64,000 bases of DNA, from positions 145,093 through 209,092 of the forward strand of contig CAWEZH010000001.1 of assembly GCA_963813535.1 (NCBI GenBank), written 5' to 3'. The position numbers and the translations under genes were made by a program. Positions 22,926 through 32,775 of this stretch are shown in pieces; position 1 is the first letter of the stretch; each line of letters begins with the position of its first letter. Origin of the DNA: an uncultured Chloroflexia bacterium. Its GTDB lineage: Bacteria; Chloroflexota; Limnocylindria; Limnocylindrales; CSP1-4. The notes beneath the pieces are model-generated. The model was not told the origin of the DNA. It ran no database searches and saw only the letters and a program-made list of their open reading frames with translations.

Positions 22926-23404
22926 ACGTCGTCGACGCGCTCAACGGGCTGTGGAACACGATCCTCGACATCACCGAGATATTCGTGATCCCGGACTGGA
23001 ACGCCGTCATCGGCCTGATGCCGCTGTTGATCTTCCTCGGTGTCGTCGGTCCGCTCGTCACGTTCCTGATGCTTGGCATCATCGCCTACCAGGTCACCAA
23101 ACCGCGGGCGCATCTCAAGCTCGCCGAAGGCCCCCAGGTCGCCCGGCTCGGCTCGGACGGCCAGCCGATCTTCCCGCCGGGCCTGCCGTTCTGCCGCGAC
23201 CACGTGCTGATCTACCCGACGGGCACGATCCGCTGCGAACGCGGCGGCGAGGACCTGCGGGTCATCTGCCCGATGTGCGGACTGGGCCGACCGGCCGCGA
23301 TCGACACCTGTGCCAATTGCGGGCTCGTGCTGCAGGTGAAGAACCACCCGGTCCCGGTCGTTCGCTCGACCGGGCCGAAGCCGGGTGGCGCCGCCGCGGC
23401 CTGA
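22922..23404 (+). CDS. Membrane protein with C-terminal zinc-ribbon motifs
   Basis: One TM, then CRDH, CERG, CPMC and CANC. Confidence 0.75.
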   Translation: MNVVDALNGLWNTILDITEIFVIPDWNAVIGLMPLLIFLGVVGPLVTFLMLGIIAYQVTKPRAHLKLAEGPQVARLGSDGQPIFPPGLPFCRDHVLIYPTGTIRCERGGEDLRVICPMCGLGRPAAIDTCANCGLVLQVKNHPVPVVRSTGPKPGGAAAA

Positions 23405-23453
23405 CCGGTCGGCGCAACCCTCGACCCTTCCCGAGCGTCAGAGGCGATAACGA

Positions 23454-24395
23454 ATGGCCGAACTCTCGTCGATCCTCTTCCCCATCGGTGTCGTCCTCGT
23501 GGCGCTCGCCTTCGCGGCGCACGTCGGTCATGCCGTGATGCTCGCCAACGGCAGGCGGGTCGCCCTGCCGGCGATGGCGTCGGCGGCCCGACCCGCGTAC
23601 GCCGGTGTCGCCACGGGATCGTTCGTGACATCGACGACGGCTGCGGTGAGCGGTGGTCCGACCGTCGCCGCCTCACCGAGTCCGCTGTCGCGGGCGGCCA
23701 CGTGGCTGACGCTGCTGGCCATCGGCGCGTTGGGCGCATCGCTGCTCCTTCGCGGCATCGTGGTCGGGCGAGGCCCGTGGGGCAACATGTTCGAGTTCAC
23801 CGTCGCCTTCGCGACATCGATGGTGGCCGGGTACGCCTTCCTGGCCCGCCGGTACCCGATCCGCTCCATCGGCTTCCTGCCGCTCGGCGTGGCCCTGGCG
23901 CTGCTGCTATACGCGTCGTCGCTGCCGCGCGAGATCTCGCAGCTCGTGCCGGCCCTGCAGAACCCGCCGCTGCTGACGATCCACGTCGGGATGGCGGTCC
24001 TGTCGTATGGGATCTTCGCGACGTCGTTCGGTGCCGGGGTCGCCTACCTCATCCAGGGCCAGGATGACCGGTTCGCGTGGCTGCCGTCGCATAAGGTGCT
24101 CGACGAGGTCGCGTATCGGGCCGTCATCATCGGGTTCCCGATCTTCGCGACGATGATCATCCTCGGCTCGTGGTGGGCGTCGATCGCCTGGTCCCGCTAC
24201 TGGGGCTGGGACCCCAAGGAGACCGCGGCCCTCGTCACGTGGCTGATCTACGCCGTGTACCTGCACGCCCGCAACCAGCGCTCGTGGGCCGGTCGACCGG
24301 CCGCACTGCTGCTGGTGGTCGGCTTCGGGATGGTCCTCATCACGTACTCCGGATCGCTCTGGTTCACCGGACTGCACGCGTATTCCGGGCTCTAG
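23454..24395 (+). CDS. ccsA: Cytochrome c biogenesis system II protein CcsA/ResC
   Basis: PWGNMFE, LVPALQN, IHV, WSRYWGWDPKET (WWD domain), YLHAR and GLHAY motifs. Confidence 0.93.
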   Translation: MAELSSILFPIGVVLVALAFAAHVGHAVMLANGRRVALPAMASAARPAYAGVATGSFVTSTTAAVSGGPTVAASPSPLSRAATWLTLLAIGALGASLLLRGIVVGRGPWGNMFEFTVAFATSMVAGYAFLARRYPIRSIGFLPLGVALALLLYASSLPREISQLVPALQNPPLLTIHVGMAVLSYGIFATSFGAGVAYLIQGQDDRFAWLPSHKVLDEVAYRAVIIGFPIFATMIILGSWWASIAWSRYWGWDPKETAALVTWLIYAVYLHARNQRSWAGRPAALLLVVGFGMVLITYSGSLWFTGLHAYSGL

Positions 24396-24402
24396 ACCCG
24401 GC

Positions 24403-25343
24403 ATGACGATGGCCGCCACGGGTGGCGCGATCATCGACACCCACGGGCTGGCCAAGCGCTACGGCCGCACCGACGCACTGATCGACCTGACCCTGCGCGT
24501 CGAGCCGGGCGAGATCTTCGGGTTCCTCGGGCCCAACGGCGCGGGCAAGACCACGGCCGTGAAACTGCTGCTCGGGCTGGCCCGCGCGACCGGTGGCAGC
24601 GGGACCGTGCTCGGGGCGCCGCTCGGCGACAGGGCGGCACGTCGCGATGTCGGCTACCTGCCGGAACTGTTCCGGTACCAGCCCTGGCTCAGGGCGCGAG
24701 AGGTGCTCGAACTGCACGCCCGGCTTCGCTCGGTCGACGGTGGCGCGTCGACCTCTTCGGCCGACATCGATGCGGTCCTTGGCGTGGTCGACCTGGCCGA
24801 CCGGGCCACAGACGCGGTGGGTGCCTTCTCGAAGGGCATGCAGCAGCGGCTGGGGCTGGCCGTCGCGCTGCTTGGTGCACCCCGCCTGGTCGTCCTCGAC
24901 GAGCCGACGTCCGCCCTCGACCCGGTGGGCCGCGCCGACGTCCGGGCCATCGTCCGACGCGCCGCTGAGGCCGGCTCCACCATCTTCCTGAACAGCCACC
25001 TGCTGACCGAGGTCGAGCGGGTGTGCGATCGCGTCGCGATCATCGACCACGGCCGAGTCCTGGCCAGCGGGCGCATCGACGAGCTGCTCGGCGAGCCGCA
25101 GGTCCGGATCCGGGTCATCGGACCTGTCCTCGGAGGGGATGCGGCGCGCTCGCGGGGTTCGGGCCCGTCGAAGCGGGCGACGACGGCTGGCTGTCGATCA
25201 CCGGCGTGGAGCCCGACCGCGTACCGGATGTGGTCGCCACGATCGTCGCCGCGGGCGGGCGGATCCACGCGGTCGAGTCGGGTCGGGCGACGCTCGAGGA
25301 CCTGTTCATGCGCCTGGTCGGTGGCGGCGAGGTGCCGTCGTGA
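24403..25343 (+). CDS. ABC-2 type exporter ATP-binding protein, frameshift near 25120-25150
   Basis: GPNGAGKTT, FSKGMQQR and DEPT motifs; the C-terminal ...TLEDLFMRLVG lies in another frame and ends in a GTGA overlap. Confidence 0.85.
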
Positions 25344-26200
25344 GGGCGATCTGGATCATCGCCCGGGTCACCATCGCCGAAGCGTCGCGCCGTCGGATCC
25401 TGCTGGTCCTGCTGGCGCTGACGCTGGTCAGCGTCGCGCTCACGACCTGGGGTGTCGAACGACTGGTGTCGCTCGCGCGCGAAAACGACGCCGACCCCAT
25501 CGAGATCCAGATCGGCGTCTCGCAGGTGCTGATCCTCGTCGCGTTCATGTTCAGCTTCGTCCTGGCGATGACCGCGGCGTTCCTCGGCGCACCGGCGATC
25601 GCCGCGGACCTCGAGTCGGGAGTCGCCCACGCGATCCTCGCGCGGCCCATCCGTCGCGCGGATCTCGTCGTCGGGCGCTGGGTCGGGCTGGTCGCGGTCG
25701 TCGCCGCATACGCCGCGCTGTCGGGGCTGCTCGAGATGGGCGCTGTGCGCCTCGTGTCCGGCTACCTGCCGCCGGCGCCGCTGCTGGCGGTCGGGTTCCT
25801 CGCGGCGCAGGCGGTCGTCCTGCTGACGTTCGCGCTGGCCATGAGCACACGCCTCCCGGCGATCGCCAGCGGCGCGGTCTGCGTGGTGGTATTCGGGCTG
25901 GCGTGGATGGCCGGGGTGTTCGCAGGCGTCGGCCGGTTCTTCGATGCTGGGCCGCTCGTCACCGTGGCCGAGGCATCGCGCTGGCTCATCCCCTCGGACG
26001 GGCTGTGGCGCGGCACGATCCATGCGCTCGAGCCGCCCATCGTCGTCGCCGGGGCGATCGGCGTCGGCGGCCCGGCTGCCGAATCGAACCCGTTCTTCGC
26101 CTCGACCCCGCCACCGACCGAGTTCCTGCTGTGGTCCGCGGCGTGGATCGTGCTGGTCCTCGCGGCGGCGACGGTCTCGCTGTCCCGACGCGACCTGTAG
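25340..26200 (+). CDS. ABC-2 type exporter permease
   Basis: Multi-TM; DLESG...ILARPIRR motif; ends SRRDL. Confidence 0.88.
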   Translation: MRAIWIIARVTIAEASRRRILLVLLALTLVSVALTTWGVERLVSLARENDADPIEIQIGVSQVLILVAFMFSFVLAMTAAFLGAPAIAADLESGVAHAILARPIRRADLVVGRWVGLVAVVAAYAALSGLLEMGAVRLVSGYLPPAPLLAVGFLAAQAVVLLTFALAMSTRLPAIASGAVCVVVFGLAWMAGVFAGVGRFFDAGPLVTVAEASRWLIPSDGLWRGTIHALEPPIVVAGAIGVGGPAAESNPFFASTPPPTEFLLWSAAWIVLVLAAATVSLSRRDL

Positions 26201-26361
26201 CGCGTCCCTGCTGAAACGCCGGTCGGTGTCACCCACGCTTGGGGTGTGGACAGGTGTCCGATTCACCTCGACCGGTCGGACAATCGGTGCGCTGAGGGCC
26301 ACGTTTGGAAGCACGGAGCACTCACCGTGTTTGGCCGCGCCCTCAGCGGGAAGGCGTGCCG

Positions 26362-27363
26362 ATGGCCTACAACCTCAGGAACCGCAGCTTCCTGACGCTG
26401 CTCGACTTCTCGCCTCGCGAGATCCGCTTCCTGCTGAAATTGTCGGCCGACCTGAAGGCGGCGAAGTACGCGGGGTACGAGCGGCAGCGCCTCAGCGGCA
26501 AGAACATCGCGATCATCTTCGAGAAGTCGTCGACCCGGACGAGGGTCGCCTTCGAGGTCGCGGCGTACGACCAGGGCGCGCACGTCACGTACCTCGGCCC
26601 GAGTGGCACGCAGATCGGCCACAAGGAGTCGATGAAGGACACCGCCCGGGTGCTCGGCCGGATCTTCGACGGGATCGAGTACCGCGGCTTCGCCCAGGAG
26701 ACGGTCAAGGACCTCGCCGATTTTGCCGGCGTGCCGGTGTGGAACGGGCTGACCGACGAGTTCCATCCGACACAGATCCTGGCCGACTTCCTGACCATGT
26801 CCGAGCACTCGGACAAGCCCTTCTCCCAGATCGCGTTCTGCTACCTCGGCGACGCGCGCAACAACATGGGCGATTCGCTCATGATCGGCGGCGCCAAGCT
26901 CGGGATGGACGTCCGACTCTGCGCGCCGAAGCACCTGTGGCCGGACCCGGACCTCGTCAAGACGTGTCGTGAGGTGGCGACCCATACGGGCGCCCGTCTC
27001 ACACTGACCGAGGACACCGCCGAGGGCGTGAAGGGGGCGGACTTCCTGTACACGGACGTGTGGGTGTCGATGGGCGAGCCGGATTCGGCATGGGAGGAGC
27101 GCATCAAGCTGCTCAAGCCGTACCAGGTGAACGCCGAGCTGATCGAGAAGACCGGCAACCCGGCCGTCAAGTTCATGCATTGCCTGCCGGCGTTCCACGA
27201 TCGCGAGACCGAGGTCGGCGAGGAGATGTACCAGAAGTTCGGCATGGACGGCATGGAAGTCACGGACGACGTCTTCGAGTCCGAACGGGCGGTGGTGTGG
27301 GACCAGGCCGAGAACCGCATGCACACCATCAAGGCCGTCATGGTCGCCACGATCGGCGCCTGA
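26362..27363 (+). CDS. argF: Ornithine carbamoyltransferase (catabolic context)
   Basis: STRTR, HPTQ, DVWVSMG and HCLP motifs. Confidence 0.95.
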   Translation: MAYNLRNRSFLTLLDFSPREIRFLLKLSADLKAAKYAGYERQRLSGKNIAIIFEKSSTRTRVAFEVAAYDQGAHVTYLGPSGTQIGHKESMKDTARVLGRIFDGIEYRGFAQETVKDLADFAGVPVWNGLTDEFHPTQILADFLTMSEHSDKPFSQIAFCYLGDARNNMGDSLMIGGAKLGMDVRLCAPKHLWPDPDLVKTCREVATHTGARLTLTEDTAEGVKGADFLYTDVWVSMGEPDSAWEERIKLLKPYQVNAELIEKTGNPAVKFMHCLPAFHDRETEVGEEMYQKFGMDGMEVTDDVFESERAVVWDQAENRMHTIKAVMVATIGA

Positions 27364-27372
27364 GGAGGCCCG

Positions 27373-28309
27373 GTGCGGATCGTCGTCGCGCTCGGCGGAA
27401 ATGCCCTGCTCAGGCGGGGTGAACCGATGACGGCCGGCCACCAGCGCGCCAACGTGCGAGTCGCCGCGCAGGCGCTGGCCCAGGTCGCGCAAGAGCACGA
27501 GCTGGTCGTCTCTCACGGCAACGGCCCGCAGGTCGGGCTGCTCGCATTGCAGGGGGCTGCCTACAAGGACGTCGAGGCCTACCCCCTCGATGTCCTTGGG
27601 GCCGAGACCCAGGGCATGATCGGCTACCTGGTCGAGCAGGAGCTCGGCAATCTCCTGCCCTTCGAGCGGCCTCTCGCCACGCTCCTGACGATGGTCGAAG
27701 TCGACCCGGACGACCCGGCATTCCATGATCCGACGAAGTTCGTCGGCCCGATCTACGACGAGGCGACGGCGCGCACGCTCGCCGCCGACAAGGGCTGGGT
27801 CGTGAAGCCGGACGGTGAGCACTGGCGGCGGGTCGTCCCGTCGCCGCGACCCCAGCGCATCTTCGAGATCCGCCCGATGCGCTGGCTGCTCGACCAGGGT
27901 GCCGTGGTGATCTGCGCCGGCGGTGGCGGCATCCCCACGATGTACGCGCCTGACGACGACCGTCGCCTGGTCGGCGTGGAGGCCGTCATCGACAAGGACC
28001 TCGCCAGCAGCCTCTTGGCACGCGACCTCGACGCCGACCTGTACGTGATGGCCACCGATGTCGACGGCGTCTACGTCGACTGGGGGAAGCCGACGCAGTC
28101 GCGACTCGAGCATGTGACGCCCGGACGAACTCGATGCGATCGAATTCCCCGCCGGGTCGATGGGTCCCAAGGTCGGCGCCGCGACCGAATTCGTCCGGGC
28201 CACGGGACGGCGCGCGGCGATCGGGTCACTCGAACAGATCGAGGGACTCGTAGCGGGGACGGCAGGAACGAACGTCGCGTTGGCGAAGGTAGGAGCGACC
28301 CATGGCTGA
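27373..28309 (+). CDS. arcC: Carbamate kinase, frameshift near 28121
   Basis: [22 protein letters not shown] and VIDKD; removing one C near 28121 restores [10 protein letters not shown] and a stop at 28309. Confidence 0.92.
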
Positions 28310-29564
28310 GCTCGGCGTCCACTCCGAAGTCGGCAAGCTCCGACGCGTCATCGTCCATCGCCCCGACCTCAGCCTGAAGCGCCTCACGCCGGGCAACCAC
28401 GATGAGCTGCTCTTCGACGACGTGTTGTGGGTGGAGCGTGCCCAGTGGGAGCACGACCAGTTCGTCGCCCGGATGCGCGAACGCGGTGTCGAAGTCCTCT
28501 ACGTCCAGGACCTGCTGACCGAGGCGCTTGCGGCGAGCGACAACGGACGGCATCGCCTCATCGAGCTCGTCGCGTCCGAGGCCGTCGTCGGTCCCAGCCT
28601 CGTCGACGAGGTGCGGGCGTGCCTGGCGGGCCTCGCCCCCGATGACCTGGCACGACATCTCATCGGTGGTCTCACGGTGGCCGAGTCGGGGCTCGACCTG
28701 GGACGGCTGTCCAAGTCGTCGCTGATCGGCGCCGCGATCGACGACGACTCGACCTTCGTGCTGCCGCCGTTGCCGAACTCGCTGTTCACCCGTGATTCAT
28801 CCTGCTGGATCTACGGCGGCGTCTCGATCAATCCGATGTACTGGCCTGCGCGTCGGCGCGAGGCCTACAACATGGGCGCGATCTACCGCGCCCATCCGAT
28901 GTTCAAGGATGCCGAGTTCGACTTCTGGTACCCGGCGATGGGCGATGACGACCGCTTCCGCCTCGAGGACTTCGGGCGAGCGTCGCTTGAGGGCGGTGAC
29001 GTCGAGATCATCGGCAATGGCACCGTGGCGATCGGCATGTCCGAGCGCACGACGGGACGGATGATCGAGCAGATCGCCAAGGCGTTGTTCGCCAGCGAGG
29101 CGGCCGAACGCGTCATCGCCGCGGTCATGACCAAGGACCGCGCCCACATGCACCTCGACACCGTGTTCACGCTTCTCGACCGCGACAAGGCCACCGCCTT
29201 TCCGAAGGTCGTCGAGGGCATCCGAGCGATCAGCCTGCGCCCCGGGTCCAAGCCCGGCACGCTCGACGTCCGCCCCGACAAGGACTTCGTGTCGGCGGTC
29301 GCCGACGCTCTCGGTGTCCCCAAGCTGCACGTCGTCGAGACGGGTGGGGACGCCTATCAGCAGGCCCGCGAGCAGTGGGACGACGGCAACAACGTCGTGG
29401 CGCTCGAGCCCGGTGTGGTCGTGGCATACGAACGGAACACCTTCACGATCTCGAAGATGCGGGAAGCCGGGGTCGAGGTCATCACCATCGAGGGCTTCGA
29501 GCTCGGCAAGGGTCGCGGCGGAGGGCACTGCATGACCTGCCCCGTCATCCGCGATCCGCTCTAG
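28302..29564 (+). CDS. arcA: Arginine deiminase
   Basis: SEVGKLR, LLFDD, FTRD, LEGGD, MHLDTV and [15 protein letters not shown] motifs. Confidence 0.96.
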   Translation: MAELGVHSEVGKLRRVIVHRPDLSLKRLTPGNHDELLFDDVLWVERAQWEHDQFVARMRERGVEVLYVQDLLTEALAASDNGRHRLIELVASEAVVGPSLVDEVRACLAGLAPDDLARHLIGGLTVAESGLDLGRLSKSSLIGAAIDDDSTFVLPPLPNSLFTRDSSCWIYGGVSINPMYWPARRREAYNMGAIYRAHPMFKDAEFDFWYPAMGDDDRFRLEDFGRASLEGGDVEIIGNGTVAIGMSERTTGRMIEQIAKALFASEAAERVIAAVMTKDRAHMHLDTVFTLLDRDKATAFPKVVEGIRAISLRPGSKPGTLDVRPDKDFVSAVADALGVPKLHVVETGGDAYQQAREQWDDGNNVVALEPGVVVAYERNTFTISKMREAGVEVITIEGFELGKGRGGGHCMTCPVIRDPL

Positions 29565-29573
29565 GTATCGGGC

Positions 29574-29711
29574 ATGGACGGTTCGACCCGCCTGATCGTG
29601 GGGGTCCTCGTCGCCGTGCTCGTCGTCGCGTTGATCGCCTTCGCCCGGGGCGAACCGCGCCACGGTGAACCCACCGCGGCGCCGAGCGCGGCCCTCGACG
29701 TGAGGATCTGA
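29574..29711 (+). CDS. Small (45 aa) single-TM protein
   Basis: MDGSTRLIVGVLVAVLVVALIAFARGEPRHGEPTAAPSAALDVRI fills the gap between arcA and the next gene. Confidence 0.6.
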   Translation: MDGSTRLIVGVLVAVLVVALIAFARGEPRHGEPTAAPSAALDVRI

Positions 29712-29712
29712 G

Positions 29713-31233
29713 GTGGACGACGCCCGGACACCCCGCCCGCCGACGCTGCTCGACGCGATCATCCCCGTCATCGCCCTCGTCTTCCTCATCGGACTGACGA
29801 TCGCGCTGTTCGGCACGGACGCGACCGGTGGGCCCCTACAGGTCGCGCTCCTGACGAGCGCGGTGATCGCCGGACTCATCGCGTTCAAGAATGGCTACAC
29901 CGCCGCCCATGTCCGGGAGGCCGCCGTGGGCGGCGTGTCGTCCGGCATGAGCGCGCTGTTCATCCTGCTCGCGGTCGGGTCGCTGATCGGGACGTGGAAT
30001 CTCGCCGGTACGATCCCGACGGTCGTGTACTACGGCGTGGGCCTCTTGAGCGCCACGTTCTTCTATCCGGCGACCGCGCTGGTCTGCGGGCTCGTCGGAC
30101 TGGCCATCGGCAGCTCATGGACGACGGCGGCGACGCTCGGCGTCGCATTCGTCGCACTGGCCCCATTGGTCGGCGCAGAGCCGGCGATCGCCGCCGGCGC
30201 GGTCATCTCGGGGGCCTACTTCGGCGACAAGATGACACCCGTATCGGAGACGACCGTCCTCGTTCCCACGATGGTCGGCAACGTGACGCCGCAGCAGCAC
30301 ATCTCGGCGATGGTGTGGACGTCCGGGCCCGCCGTGGCGATCGCGCTCGTCATCTTCACGATCATCGGGCTGATGACGCCCGCCTCGGGGCCGGGATTCG
30401 ACCCGTCGGCGGCCCAGGCCACGCTTGCCGCCGAGTTCTCGATCTCGCCGATCAACCTCCTCCCGCTCGTCCTGCTGGTGATCTTCTCGGTCCGCAAGGT
30501 GCCCCCATTCCTGGCGATCTTCAGTTGCGCGTTGTTCGCCGGCGTCATGGCGCTGTTCACCCAGCCCGACGTCGTGACAGCGTTCGTGGATCGGCCTGAG
30601 CTCGGCCCGCTGGCCACAGGCATCCACGCGATCTACGCCGCGATGGCGACCGGGTTCGTCTCGAATTCCGGCAACGAGACGATCGACGCCCTCTTCTCGC
30701 GCGGCGGGATGGCCTCGATGCTCTTCACGATCTGGCTCGTGCTCGCCGCCCTGACCTATGCCGCCATCATGGAAGAGGCGGGCTTCCTCGGTCGACTGAT
30801 CCGGCCGGTCATCCAGGCCGCGAAGTCGACCGGGCGGCTCATCGCGTCGGTCATCGCCACGTGCATCGGTCTCAACATCATCGCGGGCGACCAGTACGTG
30901 GCCATCGTGATGCCAAGCCGGGTCTACCGAGCAGAATTCGGTCGCCGCGGGATCGCGCCACGGATGCTGTCGCGGGCCGTCGAGGACTCGGGCACGGTCA
31001 CCTCACCGCTCGTGCCGTGGAACAGCTGCGGCGCGTACATGGCGGGCGTGCTGGGCGTATCGACCATCGCCTACCTGCCGTTTTGCTTCTTCAACCTGCT
31101 GAGCCCCCTCATCTCCCTCATCTACGGCTTCACCGGTTTCAAGATCGAACACATCGAACCGACGGGTGAGGCGCCCGAGTCGGGCCCGCCCGGTCCGACC
31201 AGTCTTCAGCCGGCCGAAGGAGCGACGCCGTGA
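29713..31233 (+). CDS. NhaC-family antiporter (possible arginine/ornithine antiporter)
   Basis: GTIPT, GSSWTT, SGAYFGDK, SRAVEDSGTVTSPLVPWN motifs. Confidence 0.88.
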   Translation: MDDARTPRPPTLLDAIIPVIALVFLIGLTIALFGTDATGGPLQVALLTSAVIAGLIAFKNGYTAAHVREAAVGGVSSGMSALFILLAVGSLIGTWNLAGTIPTVVYYGVGLLSATFFYPATALVCGLVGLAIGSSWTTAATLGVAFVALAPLVGAEPAIAAGAVISGAYFGDKMTPVSETTVLVPTMVGNVTPQQHISAMVWTSGPAVAIALVIFTIIGLMTPASGPGFDPSAAQATLAAEFSISPINLLPLVLLVIFSVRKVPPFLAIFSCALFAGVMALFTQPDVVTAFVDRPELGPLATGIHAIYAAMATGFVSNSGNETIDALFSRGGMASMLFTIWLVLAALTYAAIMEEAGFLGRLIRPVIQAAKSTGRLIASVIATCIGLNIIAGDQYVAIVMPSRVYRAEFGRRGIAPRMLSRAVEDSGTVTSPLVPWNSCGAYMAGVLGVSTIAYLPFCFFNLLSPLISLIYGFTGFKIEHIEPTGEAPESGPPGPTSLQPAEGATP

Positions 31234-32726
31234 CCGCGGCGACCGCCGGGGAACCCCAGCGCCGCGGATTCGCGCTGCCCTCGGCGTATACGATCCTCTT
31301 CATCCTCATCGTGCTCGTGGCGATCCTCACGTGGATCATCCCGGCCGGCGCGTACGACGTCGACGAGAACGGGCAACCGATCCCGGGCACGTATCACCAG
31401 GTCGAGCAGAACCCGCAGCGGGTCATCGTCGACTCGCTCCTCGCGCCCATCAACGGGCTGTACGGCATCGAGAGCGCCGAGGACGGCAGCGTCAGCGTCT
31501 GGAACTCGGGCGAACTGTTCGGCGCGATCGACGTGGCGCTCTTCATCCTCGTGATCGGCGGGTTCCTCGGGGTGACGATGAAGACCGGGGCGATCCAGGG
31601 CGGCATCGCCCGGATCGTCGATCGTCTGCAAGGCCGAGAGAGCTGGCTGATCCCGATCCTGATGACCGTCTTCGCGATCGGCGGGACGACCTTCGGGATG
31701 GCCGAGGAGAGTCTCGCCTTCTACGCGCTGATCATCACGGTCATGATCGCCGCGGGATACGACGCCCTCGTGGGGGCAGCCATCATCCTGCTCGGCTGCG
31801 GCATCGGCGTCCTCGGGTCGACCATCAATCCGTTCGCGACGGGTATCGCCTCCGAGTTCGCCGGAGTATCCCTGGACGCGGGGCTCATCGGCCGCCTGGT
31901 CATCCTCGTCGCCGGGACAGCCATCGGCATCGTATTCGTGATGCGTTATGCCGCGCGGGTGAAGGCCGACCCGTCCGCCTCATTGGTCCACGAGATGCGC
32001 GCGGAGAACGAGGCGCGGTTCAAGGCCTCCACCGGTGACGATGGGGCCGCCAGCACGATGACCGGGGCCCAGAAAGGGGTCCTGATCCTGTTCATCGCCG
32101 CGTTTGCGGTGATGATCTTCGGCGTCATCCCGTGGGAGGACCTCGGCATCGGATTGCCGACGTTGTGGTGGTGGTTCCCCGAGATGACCGCCTCGTTCCT
32201 CCTGTTCTCGATCCTCATCGCGGTCGTCGCCCGGATGTCGGAGGGCGACTTCACGTCGACGTTCATCGACGGCGCACGGGACCTGCTGGGCGTCGCGCTG
32301 ATCATCGGCATCGCCCGCGGGATCACGGTGATCATGAACAACGGTCTGATCACCGATACGGTCCTCAATTCGGCGGAGCAGGCGGTCGCCGATCTCGGTG
32401 GCGTGGCCTTCGTCAACCTGATGTACCTGCTCTTCATCCCCCTCTCGTTCCTGATCCCGTCCTCGTCCGGTCTGGCGACCGTGGCGATGCCGATCATGGC
32501 CCCGTTGGCGGGTTTCGCGAACGTGCCCGCGCAGCTGGTCGTGACGGCCTATCAGAGCGCGAACGGGCTGGTCAATCTCGTCACGCCGACCTCGGCTGTC
32601 GTGATGGGTGGCCTGGCCATCGCACGTGTCGGATACGGGACATGGCTCAAGTTCGTCTGGCCGGTGCTCATCGTGCTGGCCGTCCTGACGATGGCGGTGC
32701 TCAGCGTCGCCATGCTCATCCAGTGA
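31230..32726 (+). CDS. YfcC/DcuC-like basic amino acid antiporter (ArcD-type)
   Basis: PSAYTIL, TWIIPAGAY, GMAEE, NPFATGIA and PSSSGLA motifs. Confidence 0.88.
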   Translation: MTAATAGEPQRRGFALPSAYTILFILIVLVAILTWIIPAGAYDVDENGQPIPGTYHQVEQNPQRVIVDSLLAPINGLYGIESAEDGSVSVWNSGELFGAIDVALFILVIGGFLGVTMKTGAIQGGIARIVDRLQGRESWLIPILMTVFAIGGTTFGMAEESLAFYALIITVMIAAGYDALVGAAIILLGCGIGVLGSTINPFATGIASEFAGVSLDAGLIGRLVILVAGTAIGIVFVMRYAARVKADPSASLVHEMRAENEARFKASTGDDGAASTMTGAQKGVLILFIAAFAVMIFGVIPWEDLGIGLPTLWWWFPEMTASFLLFSILIAVVARMSEGDFTSTFIDGARDLLGVALIIGIARGITVIMNNGLITDTVLNSAEQAVADLGGVAFVNLMYLLFIPLSFLIPSSSGLATVAMPIMAPLAGFANVPAQLVVTAYQSANGLVNLVTPTSAVVMGGLAIARVGYGTWLKFVWPVLIVLAVLTMAVLSVAMLIQ

Positions 32727-32775
32727 ACGCTGCAACGACGGGCCCAGGGCTCGGACGCACGGAGGGACACGTTCG

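Noticed and set aside
26225-26285. Palindromes upstream of the arc cluster (GGACAGGTGTCC; TGTCCGA...TCGGACA) as ArgR or Crp/Fnr sites
   Set aside because: They do not match ARG-box or TGTGA-N6-TCACA consensus, and no regulator is nearby.
28110-28130. Programmed frameshift in arcC
   Set aside because: No slippery heptamer or stimulator; similar single-base insertions elsewhere favour sequencing error.
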